From Octopus sinensis (taxonomy: Eukaryota): DNA of 64,000 nucleotides. Within the stretch, counting starts at the first letter, position 1, and each line of letters begins with the position of its first letter. Under the pieces are notes generated by a model. It worked only from the letters and a program-made list of their open reading frames with translations, was not told where the DNA came from and made no database searches. The position numbers were made by a program, and so were the translations under genes. Where the stretch lies: the NCBI RefSeq assembly GCF_006345805.1, contig NC_043002.1, positions 11,346,001 to 11,410,000 of the forward strand, given 5' to 3'. Positions 1 through 12,499 of this stretch are shown here, one piece after another.

Positions 1-891
1 TATGTATGTATGTATGTATGTATGTATGCATGTATGTATGCAGGTATGTGTGTGTGTGTATGTGTGTATATTTGCATTGATGTATAGCAAAAGAATCTAT
101 CAAAGTGACCGAACTTGTTTGACATGACACCAAACAGATAGTCATTTGTTTAACCTTTAGTTGAAACGAAACGAGTTCGCAGGTGCGGCGATCGACTCCG
201 GAAAAGCCAAGTTCTGCAACGGCTTCGTTGCAATTCACAATCAAGGACTCAGTTTTCTTGCTCGTAAACACACATTTGCCATTTACCACTTTTACGCATG
301 CGTACACACTTGTACATTGTACATTGCATATCCTTGTGTGTTTGTTTGCATTTGTGAATAATGTGCTTTGACTGCAGTGTCAGAGCATTTAGCTCTTATT
401 TCTATCAGTGTAGGTGTTTCTAAGACACTAATCATATTTAGTGACAAGTATAGTTTTCCGTTTTGGTAAAACCTTGCATACTGCTGCCAATATTAATCCA
501 CTCCAGGTGATGGGGTTTTTTCTCTGATTTGTTTTGGGACAATGTAAAATAGAACAGGGTCCATTGGGGGTAAAGAAACTGCGTTGCAGTAAATTTATGT
601 ATCGTGACCCTGAACTGTGTAGGAGACGTATGGTACGTGGCATCAGTCTTGGATGAATTCTGAATCTGATGTGAAGGTCGTTTGGACAATACTGGTGTAT
701 AAACTATAGTAGCTTATTTAGAGAGTATGCTACTCTCTAAATTATAGTAGGCTTAATAAGATATACATTGCTTTCTAAACTCATTCTGTTACAGATATCA
801 CAAGGAAACAATGTAATTATTTTGGTTTCTAGTATTGATGTAAATTTGTTAAAAATGGTTTAACCTTTATGTTGGAAATCTATATGGTCAT

Positions 892-978
892 CTGTACTGA
901 GGAGAGCAGTTCCTTTCAAACTGAAGTAATGTTTTCATTGATCGATTAAATGGAGCCGCTTGAAACGGCCGTAATATA
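892..978 (+). ncRNA. Hammerhead-like motif, degenerate stem I
   Basis: CTGAGGA 897-903; long imperfect stem II (GAGCAGTTCC / GGAGCCGCTT); GAAA 962-965; palindromic helix III ACGGCCGT 965-972; GUA triplet. Stem I pairing is poor. Confidence 0.45.
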
Positions 979-1082
979 TTGATACCTATACATCATTGTT
1001 ACTTATTAAAATTTTGTTTACCTAACTATACCGAACAGGCAAGGTGCCTGTATTTCAGCAAATAATTCAACTGAATCCTAAT

Positions 1083-1114
<32 letters not shown>

Positions 1115-1780
1115 TGTATGTATGTATGTATGTATGCTCGAAATGAGGAGTAGGTAGACAGCCGACAACTGATGAAGAGTCCTTTATGTGTGTTTACTTG
1201 GCCTGTTTTCCAACTTTTTTTCGTTGTTTACATATTTAACTCGTTTGTTTACGCATTTCATGTTCTTTGAAGCGTTGGTGACGTCCTGTACGCATATATC
1301 TATGTATATATATTTATTAACCTGATCTACCTTCGATTGATTTCTGTGGTTATCATCAATGTATTTTGACGATTTAAGTAAGAGTTTTGGTTGTTATTTC
1401 CAGCAGATATACATACTTAGTATGTCCTTTGTTAATCTTAATTCTCCATTATTTAATGCATTTTTGGGGCCTACAATCGCTTATATTATTGATTTTGCTA
1501 TTATCATTTTTCAAAATAGTCATACTAGATAATAACAGAATTAATAATATATTAGCAAATTAATTTTTCGTGAATTGTTTGCCCTTGTATCAATGTCCAG
1601 TTATTATTATTATTTTTATTGTATTTGCGTAACATTATCCGTTTTTTTTCCGTCCTTGTTTTCTTGTATCGTCTATCTGGATGTTTTGTTGTTCCTTTTA
1701 TGTATCACCTAATTGCCTGGATGTTTTGCGTTCCTGTCCTATTTTGTATAATATATATATATATTATATATATATATTAT

Positions 1781-1827
<47 letters not shown>

Positions 1828-2039
1828 TGCAAACGTCTCCAGGACTATCTTGTCCATTGCACCCCTTTCCTTTCAAGAAAAGGTACAATGTAATGTGAGG
1901 GAATTTAGCAGCAATTTTCAGCAGATCTAGTGACCAGTAACGGTAGAAAGGGGGGTGGCGACAGGAGGTAACAAGCGTTGTGACTTCTGTTAAGATTAAT
2001 TTGTTTTTGAACATCGATTTGAGTTGGTGTCAGGTACTA

Positions 2040-2395
2040 CATGTGGCGGTGGCGGTGGTGGTGGTGGTAGTGACGATAGTGATAGCTGTCGTGGTGACGG
2101 TGGTGTTGGTATTGGTGATAGTGGTGGTGGTGGTGGTGGTGGTTGTGATAGCGGGAGGTGGGGGTTATAGTGATAATGGTCGTAATGGTAGTTAGGTGGT
2201 GGTTGTGATGTTGGTGTTGGTGTTGGTGATGGGGCTGTTGCTGTTGATAGCGATGTTGGTGCTTGTAGTAGTGGTAATGGTGGTGGTGGCAATGCTTTTG
2301 GTGGTAGTAGTAGTGGTTGCTGTTGTTGTTATAGCAACAGCATTAGCAGAACTAGCAGTGGTGGTTGTAGTGGTGGTAGCATCATCATCATCATC
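2040..2395. repeat. (GGT/GTA/GTT)n low-complexity tract
   Basis: Degenerate trinucleotide repeats; source of the poly-V and poly-P ORFs. Confidence 0.9.
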
Positions 2396-2690
2396 GTCTG
2401 CCGTTACGTTCTGAGTTCAAATTCCGCCGAGGTCGACTTTGTCTTTCATCCTTTCGGGGTCGATAAATAAAGTACCAGTTTCGCACTGGGGTCGATGTAA
2501 TCGACTTAATCCGTTTGTCTGTCCTTGTTTGTCCCCTCTGTGTTTAGCTCCTTGTGGGTAGTAAAGAAATAGGTATTTCGTCTGCCGTTACGTTCTGAGT
2601 TCAAATTCCTCCGAGGTCGACTTTGCCTTTCATCCTTTCGGGGTCGATAAATTAAATACCAGTTGCGTACTGTGCGCCTAGAGTAGAAAA
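2394..2690 (+). mobile_element. tRNA-derived SINE family A (Meta-domain-like), tandem dimer, 5' truncated
   Basis: B box GAGTTCAAATTCC followed by GCCTTTCATCCTTTCGGGGTCGATAAA; body repeated through junction gaaatag|gtatttcg. Confidence 0.85.
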
Positions 2691-2817
2691 GAATTGTCTG
2701 TCTCAGTGTATCTTCCTTTTATTCTCTCCTCTCCTCTCTCCATACGATGTAAAGCATTATTGGAGATAACGACCAGCCAACAAAGAATTTACATCGGTTA
2801 TATGCATATACATCTAC

Positions 2818-2859
<42 letters not shown>

Positions 2860-3113
2860 ATCTCTCCTCTCCTCTCTCTCTCTCCAATATCTCTATATAT
2901 ATATATATTATATATATATATATATAATATATAATATATATATATATATTATTATATATATTATATATATATATATATATACGACGAGCTTATTCTAGTT
3001 TTCGCCTAGCAAATCCATTCACAAGGTTTTGGTCAGCCCGAGGCTATAGCAGAAGACACTTGCCAAGGTGAGCCCGGAACAACGTGGTTGGAAAGCACGC
3101 TCCTTACTCGCCT

Positions 3114-3145
<32 letters not shown>

Positions 3146-3179
3146 CATATATTCCTACGCCTATATATATATATATATC

Positions 3180-3229
<50 letters not shown>

Positions 3230-3254
3230 TTATTATTCTGTAAATAATAATCCT

Positions 3255-3466
3255 TTCTGCTGGGGGCACAAGGTCTCAGGTTTCGTGAGAGGGAACTACT
3301 CGATTACATAGACCCCCAATGTTTCACTGGTACTCAGTTTATCGACCCCGAAATGATGAATGGCAAAGTCGACCTCGGCGGAATTTGAACTCAGAACGTA
3401 GCGACGGGTGAAATTCCGCTAAGCATTTCGTCCAACGTGCTAACGATTCTGCCGGCTCGCCTCCTT
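3255..3466 (-). mobile_element. SINE family A
   Basis: Reverse complement of head and central domain. Confidence 0.8.
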
Positions 3467-3536
3467 ATATTCTGCAATTAATAATATTTTATGAGCTTAA
3501 ACCTTATAAGCGATCACCGATTATTGACTAATATTG

Positions 3537-3701
3537 GGCGCAGGAGTGGCTGTGTGGTAAGTAGCTTGTCTACCAACCACATGGTTCTGGGTTCAGTCCC
3601 ACTGCGTGGCACTTTGGGCAAGTGTCTTCTACTATAGCCTCGGGCCGACCAAAGCCTTGTGAGTGGATTTGGTGGACGGAAACTGAAAGAAACCTGTTGT
3701 A

Positions 3702-3747
<46 letters not shown>

Positions 3748-3973
3748 GTGTGTTTGTGTGTCTGTGTTTGTCCCCCTAGCATTGCTTGACAACCGATGCT
3801 GGTGTGTTTATGTCCCCGTCACTTAGCGGTTCGGCAAAAGAGAACGATAGAATAAGTACTGGGCTTCCAAAAAGAATAAGTCCCGGGGTCGAGTTGCTCG
3901 ATTAAAGGCGGTGCTCCAGCATGGCCGCAGTCAAATGACTGAAACAAGTAAAAGAGTAAAGAGTAAAGAGTAA
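3537..3973 (+). mobile_element. tRNA-derived SINE family B (CORE-like) with internal (TA)n(TG)n
   Basis: tRNA-like head TGGCTGTGTGG...GGTTCAGTCCC, CTTGGGCAAGTGTCTT core, internal microsatellite, (AAAGAGT)n tail. Confidence 0.9.
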
Positions 3974-4173
3974 ATATGGAAATACGAAGATTGTGGTCAA
4001 TAAGAAGAGCAGACGTGGTACAAATAGTGATTGGTGCACTTGGAAGTATCAGCACTCAACTACCAGCATGGCTGAAAAAGATCGGTGCAAGTGTAAAGGT
4101 AGAACACCTACTAAAATCAGTGTTGCTTGAAATTGCAAGAATTCTTGGCAGAGTCTTGAAGCATGACCAGTAA
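3974..4173 (+). mobile_element. R4/Dong-type non-LTR retrotransposon, RLE C-terminal fragment 1
   Basis: EIRRLW...VVQIVIGALG...LKSVLLEIARILGRVL matches the RLE-clade C-terminus pattern. Confidence 0.8.
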
Positions 4174-4229
4174 ACAAGAGTCACCTGCGTCTGCTGGCGA
4201 AATGCTTAATTATAGATTAAAAAATTCTT

Positions 4230-4560
4230 AATGATAGGATGTGACAGTACCATCAGAGGGAAATGTGTCCATTAAAGAATTTGAGATGTTATTTAAGTAC
4301 AAAGACCTAGAAATAGAAGTGACCAAGATGTGGGGAATGAAAAGCAGCACAGCACCAGTGGTGATTGGAGCGTTAGGGCTAATTAAAAAGGGCCTTGATA
4401 AGCAGCTCAACAAAATCCCTTGCAGTGTTAACGTGGGAGAACTTCAGAAAAAAGTGTTGTTAGGTTCCGCATACATTTTACGCCGTGTACTCTTCATGAC
4501 CCTAGGGTCAAGGGATGACCCCGCTTCAGCAGAAGACAACGGACCATATTTTATTTTAAA
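4230..4560 (+). mobile_element. R4/Dong-type RLE C-terminal fragment 2
   Basis: KEFEMLFKYKDLEIEVTKMWGMKSSTAPVVIGALG...LQKKVLLGSAYILRRVL, followed by (TAC)n. Confidence 0.85.
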
Positions 4561-4570
4561 ATACTACTAT

Positions 4571-4635
<65 letters not shown>

Positions 4636-4644
4636 ATGGTTTAA

Positions 4645-4855
4645 AATTTTGCTACAAGCGCAGCAATTTTGGGAAAGGTGGGGTTGAGTCGATTACATCG
4701 ATCCCAGTGTACATCTGGTACTTATTTTATCGACCCCGAAAGGATGAAAGGCAAAGTCGACCTCAGTGGAATTTGAAATCAGAACGTAACGGTAGACGAA
4801 ATAACTCTAAGCATTTCGCATGACGTGCTAACGCTTCTGTCAGCTCGCCGCCTTA
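4645..4855 (-). mobile_element. SINE family A
   Basis: Reverse complement head and central domain, abutting (AAT)n. Confidence 0.8.
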
Positions 4856-4870
4856 ATAATAATAATAGTA

Positions 4871-4935
<65 letters not shown>

Positions 4936-4939
<4 letters not shown>

Positions 4940-5481
4940 CCCTGATGCAGCACCTGGCAGTGGCTCTCATGGCTTCTGATTTTAACTGACCGGAAGTTAT
5001 TTTGTTTTGGTATAAAAGGTGGACTACAGCAAATATTCTGCTCAATATCATGTCTTTGCTTCTCTGTTGTCGACCCTAACCAGCTGAGCATGTCCCTTAG
5101 AGGCTGACGATATGTGCATCTCTGAACACGAGCAGAAATAATGGGGGAGCATCATAGCCATGTGTTGAGAGGGATTCTTTGGGGTTTGAATAATTTATCT
5201 ACGGAAACATGAGTGTTTCGTTCATCATCCTTAAACCACGCTTATTCAGGGACCTTTTGAGCGGGATGGGTTACTCGATTTGAAGAAAATTCAAAACTGG
5301 GCCCCAGCTGCAAGGTCATGCGCTGTTTATCTTGATATGAGTTCACCATGTCGCGCACATATGCTTGTGATGCATGTGCTTGGTGTATCCTTATCAGAGA
5401 CGGGTAGTCATGATAGTTATACCGGGCTTCGTATATTTGTACCCCAATGTCACTTTGATGGCATACACTGCTCTCTCACTC

Positions 5482-5484
<3 letters not shown>
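4936..5484 (+). mobile_element. Unclassified dispersed repeat ending in (AAT)n (LINE 3' UTR or SINE-like)
   Basis: A second, reverse copy of its 3' part lies at 28240-28468; both end in an (AAT)n tail. Confidence 0.6.
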
Positions 5485-5536
<52 letters not shown>

Positions 5537-5574
5537 TAATAATAACAACAACAACAAAAACAACAACAACAATA

Positions 5575-6418
5575 TTTAGCTCAGGGCTAAAAGCAGAAAG
5601 TGAAGGTTTCATATTAGCTGCTGAATACCAAAGTTTATTAACCCGGAACTACCAAGCCAATGTAATAATATAATGGAGCTGACCCAAAATGCCGATTATA
5701 TAACGATAAGATTGAAACTATATCTCAGGTGCAGAGTCTTAGCACCTGTAGAATATAAAGCAAGACATGACAGAGTCGGCCAGTATTTACACTAGACAAT
5801 ATGTCAGCATAATAAAATCAAAACCACTGACAAATGGTATAAACACCATCTTGAAGCTGTAACTGAGGGAGAAAATGTGTCGATATTCTAGGACTTCCCC
5901 CGTACATACCAACAAAACTATAAAAGCTATTAAACCGGATATTATTATAAAAGACCAGACAAAAAAGGTGTGTTTATTAATTGACATGAGTATTCTTTGC
6001 GATCACAATATAGCGGCGAAAGAATTTGACAAGATCAGTAAATATAAAGACTTGCTAATAGAAATTGAAAAAAAAGTGGCATCTCAAGGTGACCACAGTA
6101 CCAGTGATTGTAGGATCTCTAGGAATGATAAAAAAAGGTACTGAAACTTATTTGAAAATGATACCAGGCGTACCATTCCTACAGGAAGTGCAAAAAATCG
6201 TGATAACTGGAACGGCTCATTTATTGAGAAGAGCATTATCGGTGTGAATAACAACATCCATTCATGAATTTATTTCTTTATCAATTTTTTAAAATACATA
6301 TTTTACCTGTGAATTTGCGTGTGTAATCTGGGAATGCATAGAATGAGCTTCTCTACCCTAGGTGTACGGAAAACACTCGGCGTGAAATGGAAGTATATTT
6401 GAAGAAAGAAGGAACACT
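5575..6418 (+). mobile_element. R4/Dong-type retrotransposon 3' fragment (zinc knuckle + RLE + 3' UTR)
   Basis: KAESEGFILAA...TRNYQ, decayed knuckle region, KPDIIIKD...LLIDMS...KYKDL, VPVIVGSLG, TAHLLRRAL; frameshifted; (AAT)n on both sides. Confidence 0.9.
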
Positions 6419-6424
6419 AATAAT

Positions 6425-6496
<72 letters not shown>

Positions 6497-6518
6497 TAAT
6501 AATAATAATAAAAATAAA

Positions 6519-6581
<63 letters not shown>

Positions 6582-6610
6582 TAATAATGATAATAATAAT
6601 AATAACTAAT

Positions 6611-6934
6611 TGGCACTCTGTCGGTTACGACGACAAGGATTCCAGTTGATCCGATCAACGGAACAGCTTGCTCGTGAAAGGAATGTGCAAGCGGCTGAGT
6701 ACTTCACAGACATGCGTACACTTCACGTAGATCTCAGGGAAATTCAGTATGAGATAGAATGTGACATGGACTCCCCTTTGAATTACAAGTACAACTCATT
6801 TTTACCAGCCGAGTGGACTGGAGCAACGTGAAATAAAGTGTCTTGCTTAAGGACACAACGCGCCGCCAGGAATCGAACTCACGACCTTACGATAGTAAGC
6901 CGACTACCCTAACCATTAAACCACGCGCCTTCAC
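6611..6934 (-). mobile_element. SINE family D (tRNA head + CORE-like + tail shared with family C)
   Basis: Reverse strand reads GGTTAGGG...GAGTTCGATTCC, GTCCTTAAGCAAGACAC, then tail ...TCGTCGTAACCGACAGAGTGCC. Confidence 0.8.
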
Positions 6935-7271
6935 ATTGAAGAGTATAAATGTTGTAGTTGGAGTTGTTGCTGTGGTTGTTTTCATTTATCCACTGATCAG
7001 ATTCGATTAAGCAGACCTGTAACCACAGGCGTCCCAATCATGACTAACGCCTCTTTCTCCTTCAGTCATATAGATAAGTGGTCTAGCATGGCCTTTTGAT
7101 AGCTAGAGCAAACCGAAAAATTGAAGAATATATATTTGCTTGTAGATTAGCCAATGCATCTTTTTCTTCATATTCCTTGTCAGACGTTACCGTTAATTTG
7201 AGGGAGACTTGGCTGCTACGTCTGACAGAATAGAGCAACCGTGTCAGACAGTGGGGCTCATGAACGAAGAA

Positions 7272-7770
7272 GAAGCAGCCCCCACTGGGTGGAGTGGGTC
7301 TATGAAGACTGAAAAAGAAGCGAAGAAATTGTCCTATTTAAGACAAATAAGATTTAAGAGAGGACCCTGGTGAAGCAGCCCCCACTGGGTGGAGTGGTTC
7401 TATGAAGATTGAAAAAGAAGCGAAGAAATTGTCCTATTTAAGACAAATAAGATTTAAGAGAGGACCCTGGCGAAGCAGCCCCCACTGGGTGGAGTGGGTC
7501 TATGAAGATTGAAAAAGAAGCGAAGAAATTGTCCTATTTAAGACAAATAAGATTTAAGAGAGGACCCTGGTGAAGCAGCCCCCACTGGGTGGAGTGGGTC
7601 TATGAAGATTGAAAAAGAAGCGAAGAAATTGTCCTATTTAAGACAAATAAGATTTAAGAGAGGACCCTGGTGAAGCAGCCCCCACTCGGTGGAATGGGTC
7701 TATGAAGATTGAAAAAGAAGCGAAGAAAAATTGTCCTGTTTATTAAAAATATGACTTAAGGGGGGACCCT
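7272..7770 (+). repeat. Minisatellite, 100-bp unit, about 5 copies
   Basis: GAAGCAGCCCCCACT starts at 7272, 7372, 7472, 7572 and 7672; the first four units are nearly identical. Confidence 0.95.
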
Positions 7771-8472
7771 AGTGAAACAGACCTTTTGATCGAAGGATTT
7801 CTATAACCATGCCCCTTTTTAAAGGCTATTTGGACTATTTATGGGCACATTATCAAATATCACCGTTCTTCTATACTAAGAGGACTAGGCGTGATTTAAG
7901 GGAGATTTGGCTGTTATTTCAGGCCGTTTCCAACTTTTTAAGTTTGACAGTACTATCATGAAGAAAGAAGAATTTACATGGACGAAAACTATTTTGTCAT
8001 CTCATTAATAAAGATGGGAACTGGGTGGGGACCCAAAGTGTCATTAATTTGTGTGTACATGCGTGTGGCGGGGATAGGGGATGATATTTATTAACTTGAT
8101 AAAAAATTGGTGCTTCGACTCTTCGTGTCCAGAGTTCAAATCCCACCGAGGTCAAACTACGCAATTTATCCTTTTCGATTTGGTCACTAAAATATGTGTC
8201 GGATTGGATGTCTTGCAATGTTTGTTCCGGCTCTTCACATTCTGAGTTCGATATCCACCATGGCCTGAGTTGGTGGTAGACTTCATCAATCGCTCTCCTT
8301 AACATCTCCATATGATAATTTTGAGGGCTCTAACAGAGTCTGTTCTGTTGCAAGAATTCGAGTCAGGCCTCTGGCTTTAGAATACTTTTGTCCCACTACG
8401 AGTATTAGGGGACGTGAAAAGGTTAGGGTAGTAAGTGTGGCGGGGACGATGGATACGACGCTTTCGTAAGAG

Positions 8473-8543
8473 CAACACTTTTGGGTAGGGGACAGCACTT
8501 TGGGTAGGAGACGGCACTTTGGGTAGGGGACAACACTTTTGCG
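8473..8543 (+). repeat. 19-20 bp tandem repeat, about 3.5 copies
   Basis: CRRCACTTT(T)GGGTAGGRGA units. Confidence 0.85.
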
Positions 8544-8759
8544 TGTGGAGTAGTACTTCTGGGTGAAAAGCGACATGTTTATGGAGGCGGAATTTTATGG
8601 GGGTGACATTTTAAGATGAGTTGTATCAGCCTGTGCAGGGACGGATGACGGCGGGTGGCGAAAACCTCAAGGGCTGCTCCGGGCGGCATGTGTTCTAGCT
8701 GCGGCACTGCCTGCAAAGGATCATGCGTACAGATTCTTATCATGCCTAAAAAATGAAAA

Positions 8760-9240
8760 AGAAGCTCCCTCCCTCCCTCCCTCCCTCCCTCTCTCCCTCC
8801 ATCTCTCCCTCTGTCGCTCTTCCTCTGTCGCTCTCCCTCACTCTTGCTCTTTCTCTCTTCCTCTTCTCTTCTCTGTCCCTCTTTCTATCTCCCTATCTCT
8901 CCCTCTCTTTTTGTCTTGCGCCTGTGTCCCCTCTATTTTTCCCTCTCCCTTTCTCTTCTGTCTCCCTCTTCCCTTCCATATATTTCTCTACTCTCTCTCT
9001 CTCTCACCCTGCCTCTCTCCCTCTCCCTCCTTCTCTCTCTATGTCTCTCTCTCTTCCTCCCTGTCTTTCTCTCTCTCCCTCATTCCCCGTCTTTCTTTCC
9101 CTCCTTCTCTCCGGAGCCTTCTCTCGCTATCACTCTCTCCCTTCCTCTCTCTCTCTCTCCCTCCTTCTCTCCGTATCCTTCTCTCTATCACTCTATCTCT
9201 CACGCTGTCCCTCTCCCTCTCCCTCCCCCTTCTCTCCCGT
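8760..9240. repeat. CT-rich polypyrimidine tract
   Basis: Degenerate (CT)n/(CCCT)n. Confidence 0.9.
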
Positions 9241-9856
9241 TAGTACCTCGTAGATCACCGCGGTACCTTACAGTAGTTGATACACTGAATATGATTTGGT
9301 CGCTTGGTTGCAAAGTACAACCAAATCGCTTCCCCTTATCAGTTGTTATCCAGCCAAAGCATGTGAAGTGCGCAGGTTACACACCATTTGTTAGCAACCT
9401 ATGAACGTAAGAGGGTGGATGACAAACATGCAACACGATAAACAGGTGAAGCAGGTTTGGGGTATGTTGCAGGAATTTCTACTTCAGCCAGTCGACCTAT
9501 TTTTTTTCTTTCATTATATCAATCAAATGACGGACAACGAATGAAGTCAAAGGTCATTTTTGTTTTTTGTTTTTTTTAAATTCACTTGTAAAATAAACAC
9601 ACACACACACACGCACACAGACGCGCACAGACACAGAAACACACATACACAGAAACACATACACACGCACAGTTTAGAAAAACTGAAGGACCGCTGTAAT
9701 AAGGGGTATATGTTCAATAAAATCGTAATTAACTGATCCTCATGTATTTTCTTTAATTTCCAGCCCTCACTTCGGACATATACGTACGTAGTACATACAT
9801 GCGGCGTAATATATGCATGAAAACATCTATATATGGTGAGAGAGAGAGAGAGAAAG

Positions 9857-9942
<86 letters not shown>

Positions 9943-10329
9943 AGGGAGGTATATAAACAAGGCAGAACATAAAAGACACCTCGAAGCAAACATGAGTTTA
10001 TATAATGAGCAACGTGTACATGATTCAAAATAGTGCTAGTACAAATATGTTTACAAGTTAAATATATATATATATATAAGTTAAATATATATATATATAT
10101 ATAAAGCATATGCATGTGGAGAGAACATGACAAAAATTGTGTATTGGAGCCATTTATAATATATATTTTATATATTGCGGACCCGGCGCCTCTGCTTGTT
10201 TGCCTGTTTCATGCAGAGCAAATAATGACATCCTCAGAGCCTTTCATTAACGGCTTTTAAGCAAAAGACGGAGTTAGTTTTGCCCTCTTCTGTAATGTTA
10301 TATATTACAGAGCCAGAGAGAAGGAAACT

Positions 10330-10830
10330 ATTATGGTCTTCTGAAGGGCATTCGTCCTCAGCCGCCTGGATTACTGGTCCCAGCTATGGTCACCCCACAG
10401 TGTAAAATTAGCAGTGGACTTCGAAGCAATCCATTGAAGCTTCACAAAGAAGATCGTTTCATTGCAACAGCTCAGCTACCGGAATAGGCTAAAACAGCTA
10501 AGACTCCACTAATTGGAACGAAGGCTAAAGAGATATGCAGTAATATACATCTGGAAGATCCTGGAAGAAATTGTGCCAAATTTTGGCATTGAAAACTACA
10601 CAAATGCCAGAACGGGTCGCCACTACACAGTGCCAAAATCCCAGCAATGCAATCATGCTTCAGGACCAGTTACTGCAATAGCCTGGGTTTCAGGGGCCCA
10701 CAACTTTTTAATATTCTCCCGAAGAGCCTGAGGGACCTACACAAAGTAGATGTAGGTATTTTCAAATCAAAACTGGATCTCTTCCTGTCGAGAGTCCCAG
10801 ATGGACCTACCTCGCGGCAGGAGGTGCAAA
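10330..10830 (+). mobile_element. CR1/L2-like LINE ORF2 3' fragment
   Basis: FVLSRLDYWSQLWSPH...SYRNRLKQLRL..LERRLKRYAVIYIWKILE; in-frame stops. Confidence 0.85.
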
Positions 10831-10852
10831 TGAGGCTCTCAATAATAGCAGT

Positions 10853-11011
10853 GTAGGCATGACTGTGCGGTAAGAAGTTTGCTACGCAACCACATGGTCC
10901 AAGGTTCGGTCCCACTGCGTAGCATCTTGGCAAGTGTCGACAATTACAACTTCTACACGACCAAAGCCTGTGAATGGATTTGGTTGACGGAAACTGAAAA
11001 GAAGCCCATCG

Positions 11012-11012
<1 letters not shown>
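10853..11012 (+). mobile_element. SINE family B, 5' half
   Basis: Head and core ending in (TA)n. Confidence 0.8.
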
Positions 11013-11042
<30 letters not shown>

Positions 11043-11336
11043 AATTAAAAAAGGAAAATACGCACATTTTACATAGTTTTAATATAAATTTTAATTTTAA
11101 TTATATTAAAGCTATGTAAAGTGTGTGTATTTTTCTTTTTAATTTCTTATATACATTATAACTCACCACGTGGGGATAATCGTAATTGCTCCTTTCTGTT
11201 ACTACTATATATACATACATATATATATATATATATAATATATATATTATATATATATATAATATATATATATATATAATATATATATATAATATATATA
11301 TATGATCGAAATAAGCAACAGGATATCAAGAAGTGA

Positions 11337-11423
11337 TGCAGTACGACCGTTTCAAGCGGTTCCATTTAATTAAACAAGGTAATCATTACATCAATTTAAA
11401 TGCACGGCTAATTATCAGCTGCA
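11337..11423 (-). ncRNA. Hammerhead-like motif, decayed (related to the 892-978 motif)
   Basis: Stem I TGCAG/CTGCA; core CTGATAA (G8 altered); GAAA; helix III ACGGTCGT; GUA; flanked by (TA)n. Confidence 0.45.
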
Positions 11424-11434
11424 CAAATAAATAG

Positions 11435-11502
<68 letters not shown>

Positions 11503-12254
11503 ACTCGATCACGCATTATGCCCGACCTGGCGCGGTGGAAATGACTCCCTCAAAACGCCAGGTGTTAAAACAGCTGAAAGACAGGCGAGAAAATTCACCC
11601 CCAAATCCCATTCTGGAATATGGACATCGATGCTTCACCGTTTTCGTCGCGTATCAACATCACGTACTCGAACCTAACCGGAGGTAAACAGACCGCCAGT
11701 CCACGACTTATAAGCATAGTGTGAGAACTATGATGTGCTGATGTGCCACGACAGTGCATACGTAAGAATAAATTCAGATATGAAATACAAGCAGCGCTAG
11801 CGTTATAAACATCATCGATCACACATACATGTGTAATAGCCACCGGCAAACACAGTAAATGTAGTAGGGTAGACATGTGTGGCTGTTAATGTTTCTAACA
11901 CTTGCGTTATTTCTATTTCATATTTGAATATACATATATACATACATACATGCATACACGCATACTTCTCAATAATACTAAAACTCAAAGGATGTTTGTG
12001 TGTAACCGAAATATCTCAGAAATAAAATAGATCGATAGTAACATTTTCCTTTTCTGGCAAAATATGCACCTAATTCAATGAAATTATGAAGGTTACTCTG
12101 ATTACTATGCATAAAATGCGAAATATTTTACTTTCTTGTAGATTAGGCAGGCATAATTCGCTCCTGCCTTACAATCTCAGTATTTAAGCTACGCATAGGA
12201 CTGCTATAGTACACGTGCTGCGTACACTCCTACAACACCGTCTTTTTTGCGTGC

Positions 12255-12290
12255 TATAAAGGCAGAAGTAAATCGGTCTACAACTCAGTC
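12255..12290 (+). promoter_or_regulatory. Candidate Pol II core promoter (TATA + Inr)
   Basis: TATAAAGG 12255; TCAGTC 12285-12290 (A+1 at 12287, TATA at -32); CACGTG at 12212 and near 12372; unique sequence. Confidence 0.35.
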
Positions 12291-12499
12291 GCACGCTTAT
12301 GTTTCGCTTATTTTTTGTGTGCTTTACTAAATAAAGGTCACCAACTGCCTACCCTGAGTAATTACTAACGGCACGTGCCTGGTATTAATCATTTAAGATA
12401 TACACGTATGAGCGAGTGTACATTCGCCATGCAGCTAGTGCGAGGGCGTTTATACAGCCATATTTGTTAACGGTTTGCGTGTTAGTTTCTTTTTTTTGT

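Noticed and set aside
540-660. Possible decayed GIY-YIG N-terminus (NCVAVNL...C...YV) upstream of the 892 hammerhead
   Set aside because: Too diverged to support by eye; needs a profile search
1135-1290. CTGATGA-A-GAG hammerhead-like start
   Set aside because: No convincing GAAA plus helix III and stem I partner could be built
7272-7770. Retrozyme interpretation of the 100-bp repeat
   Set aside because: No CUGANGA/GAAA core on either strand
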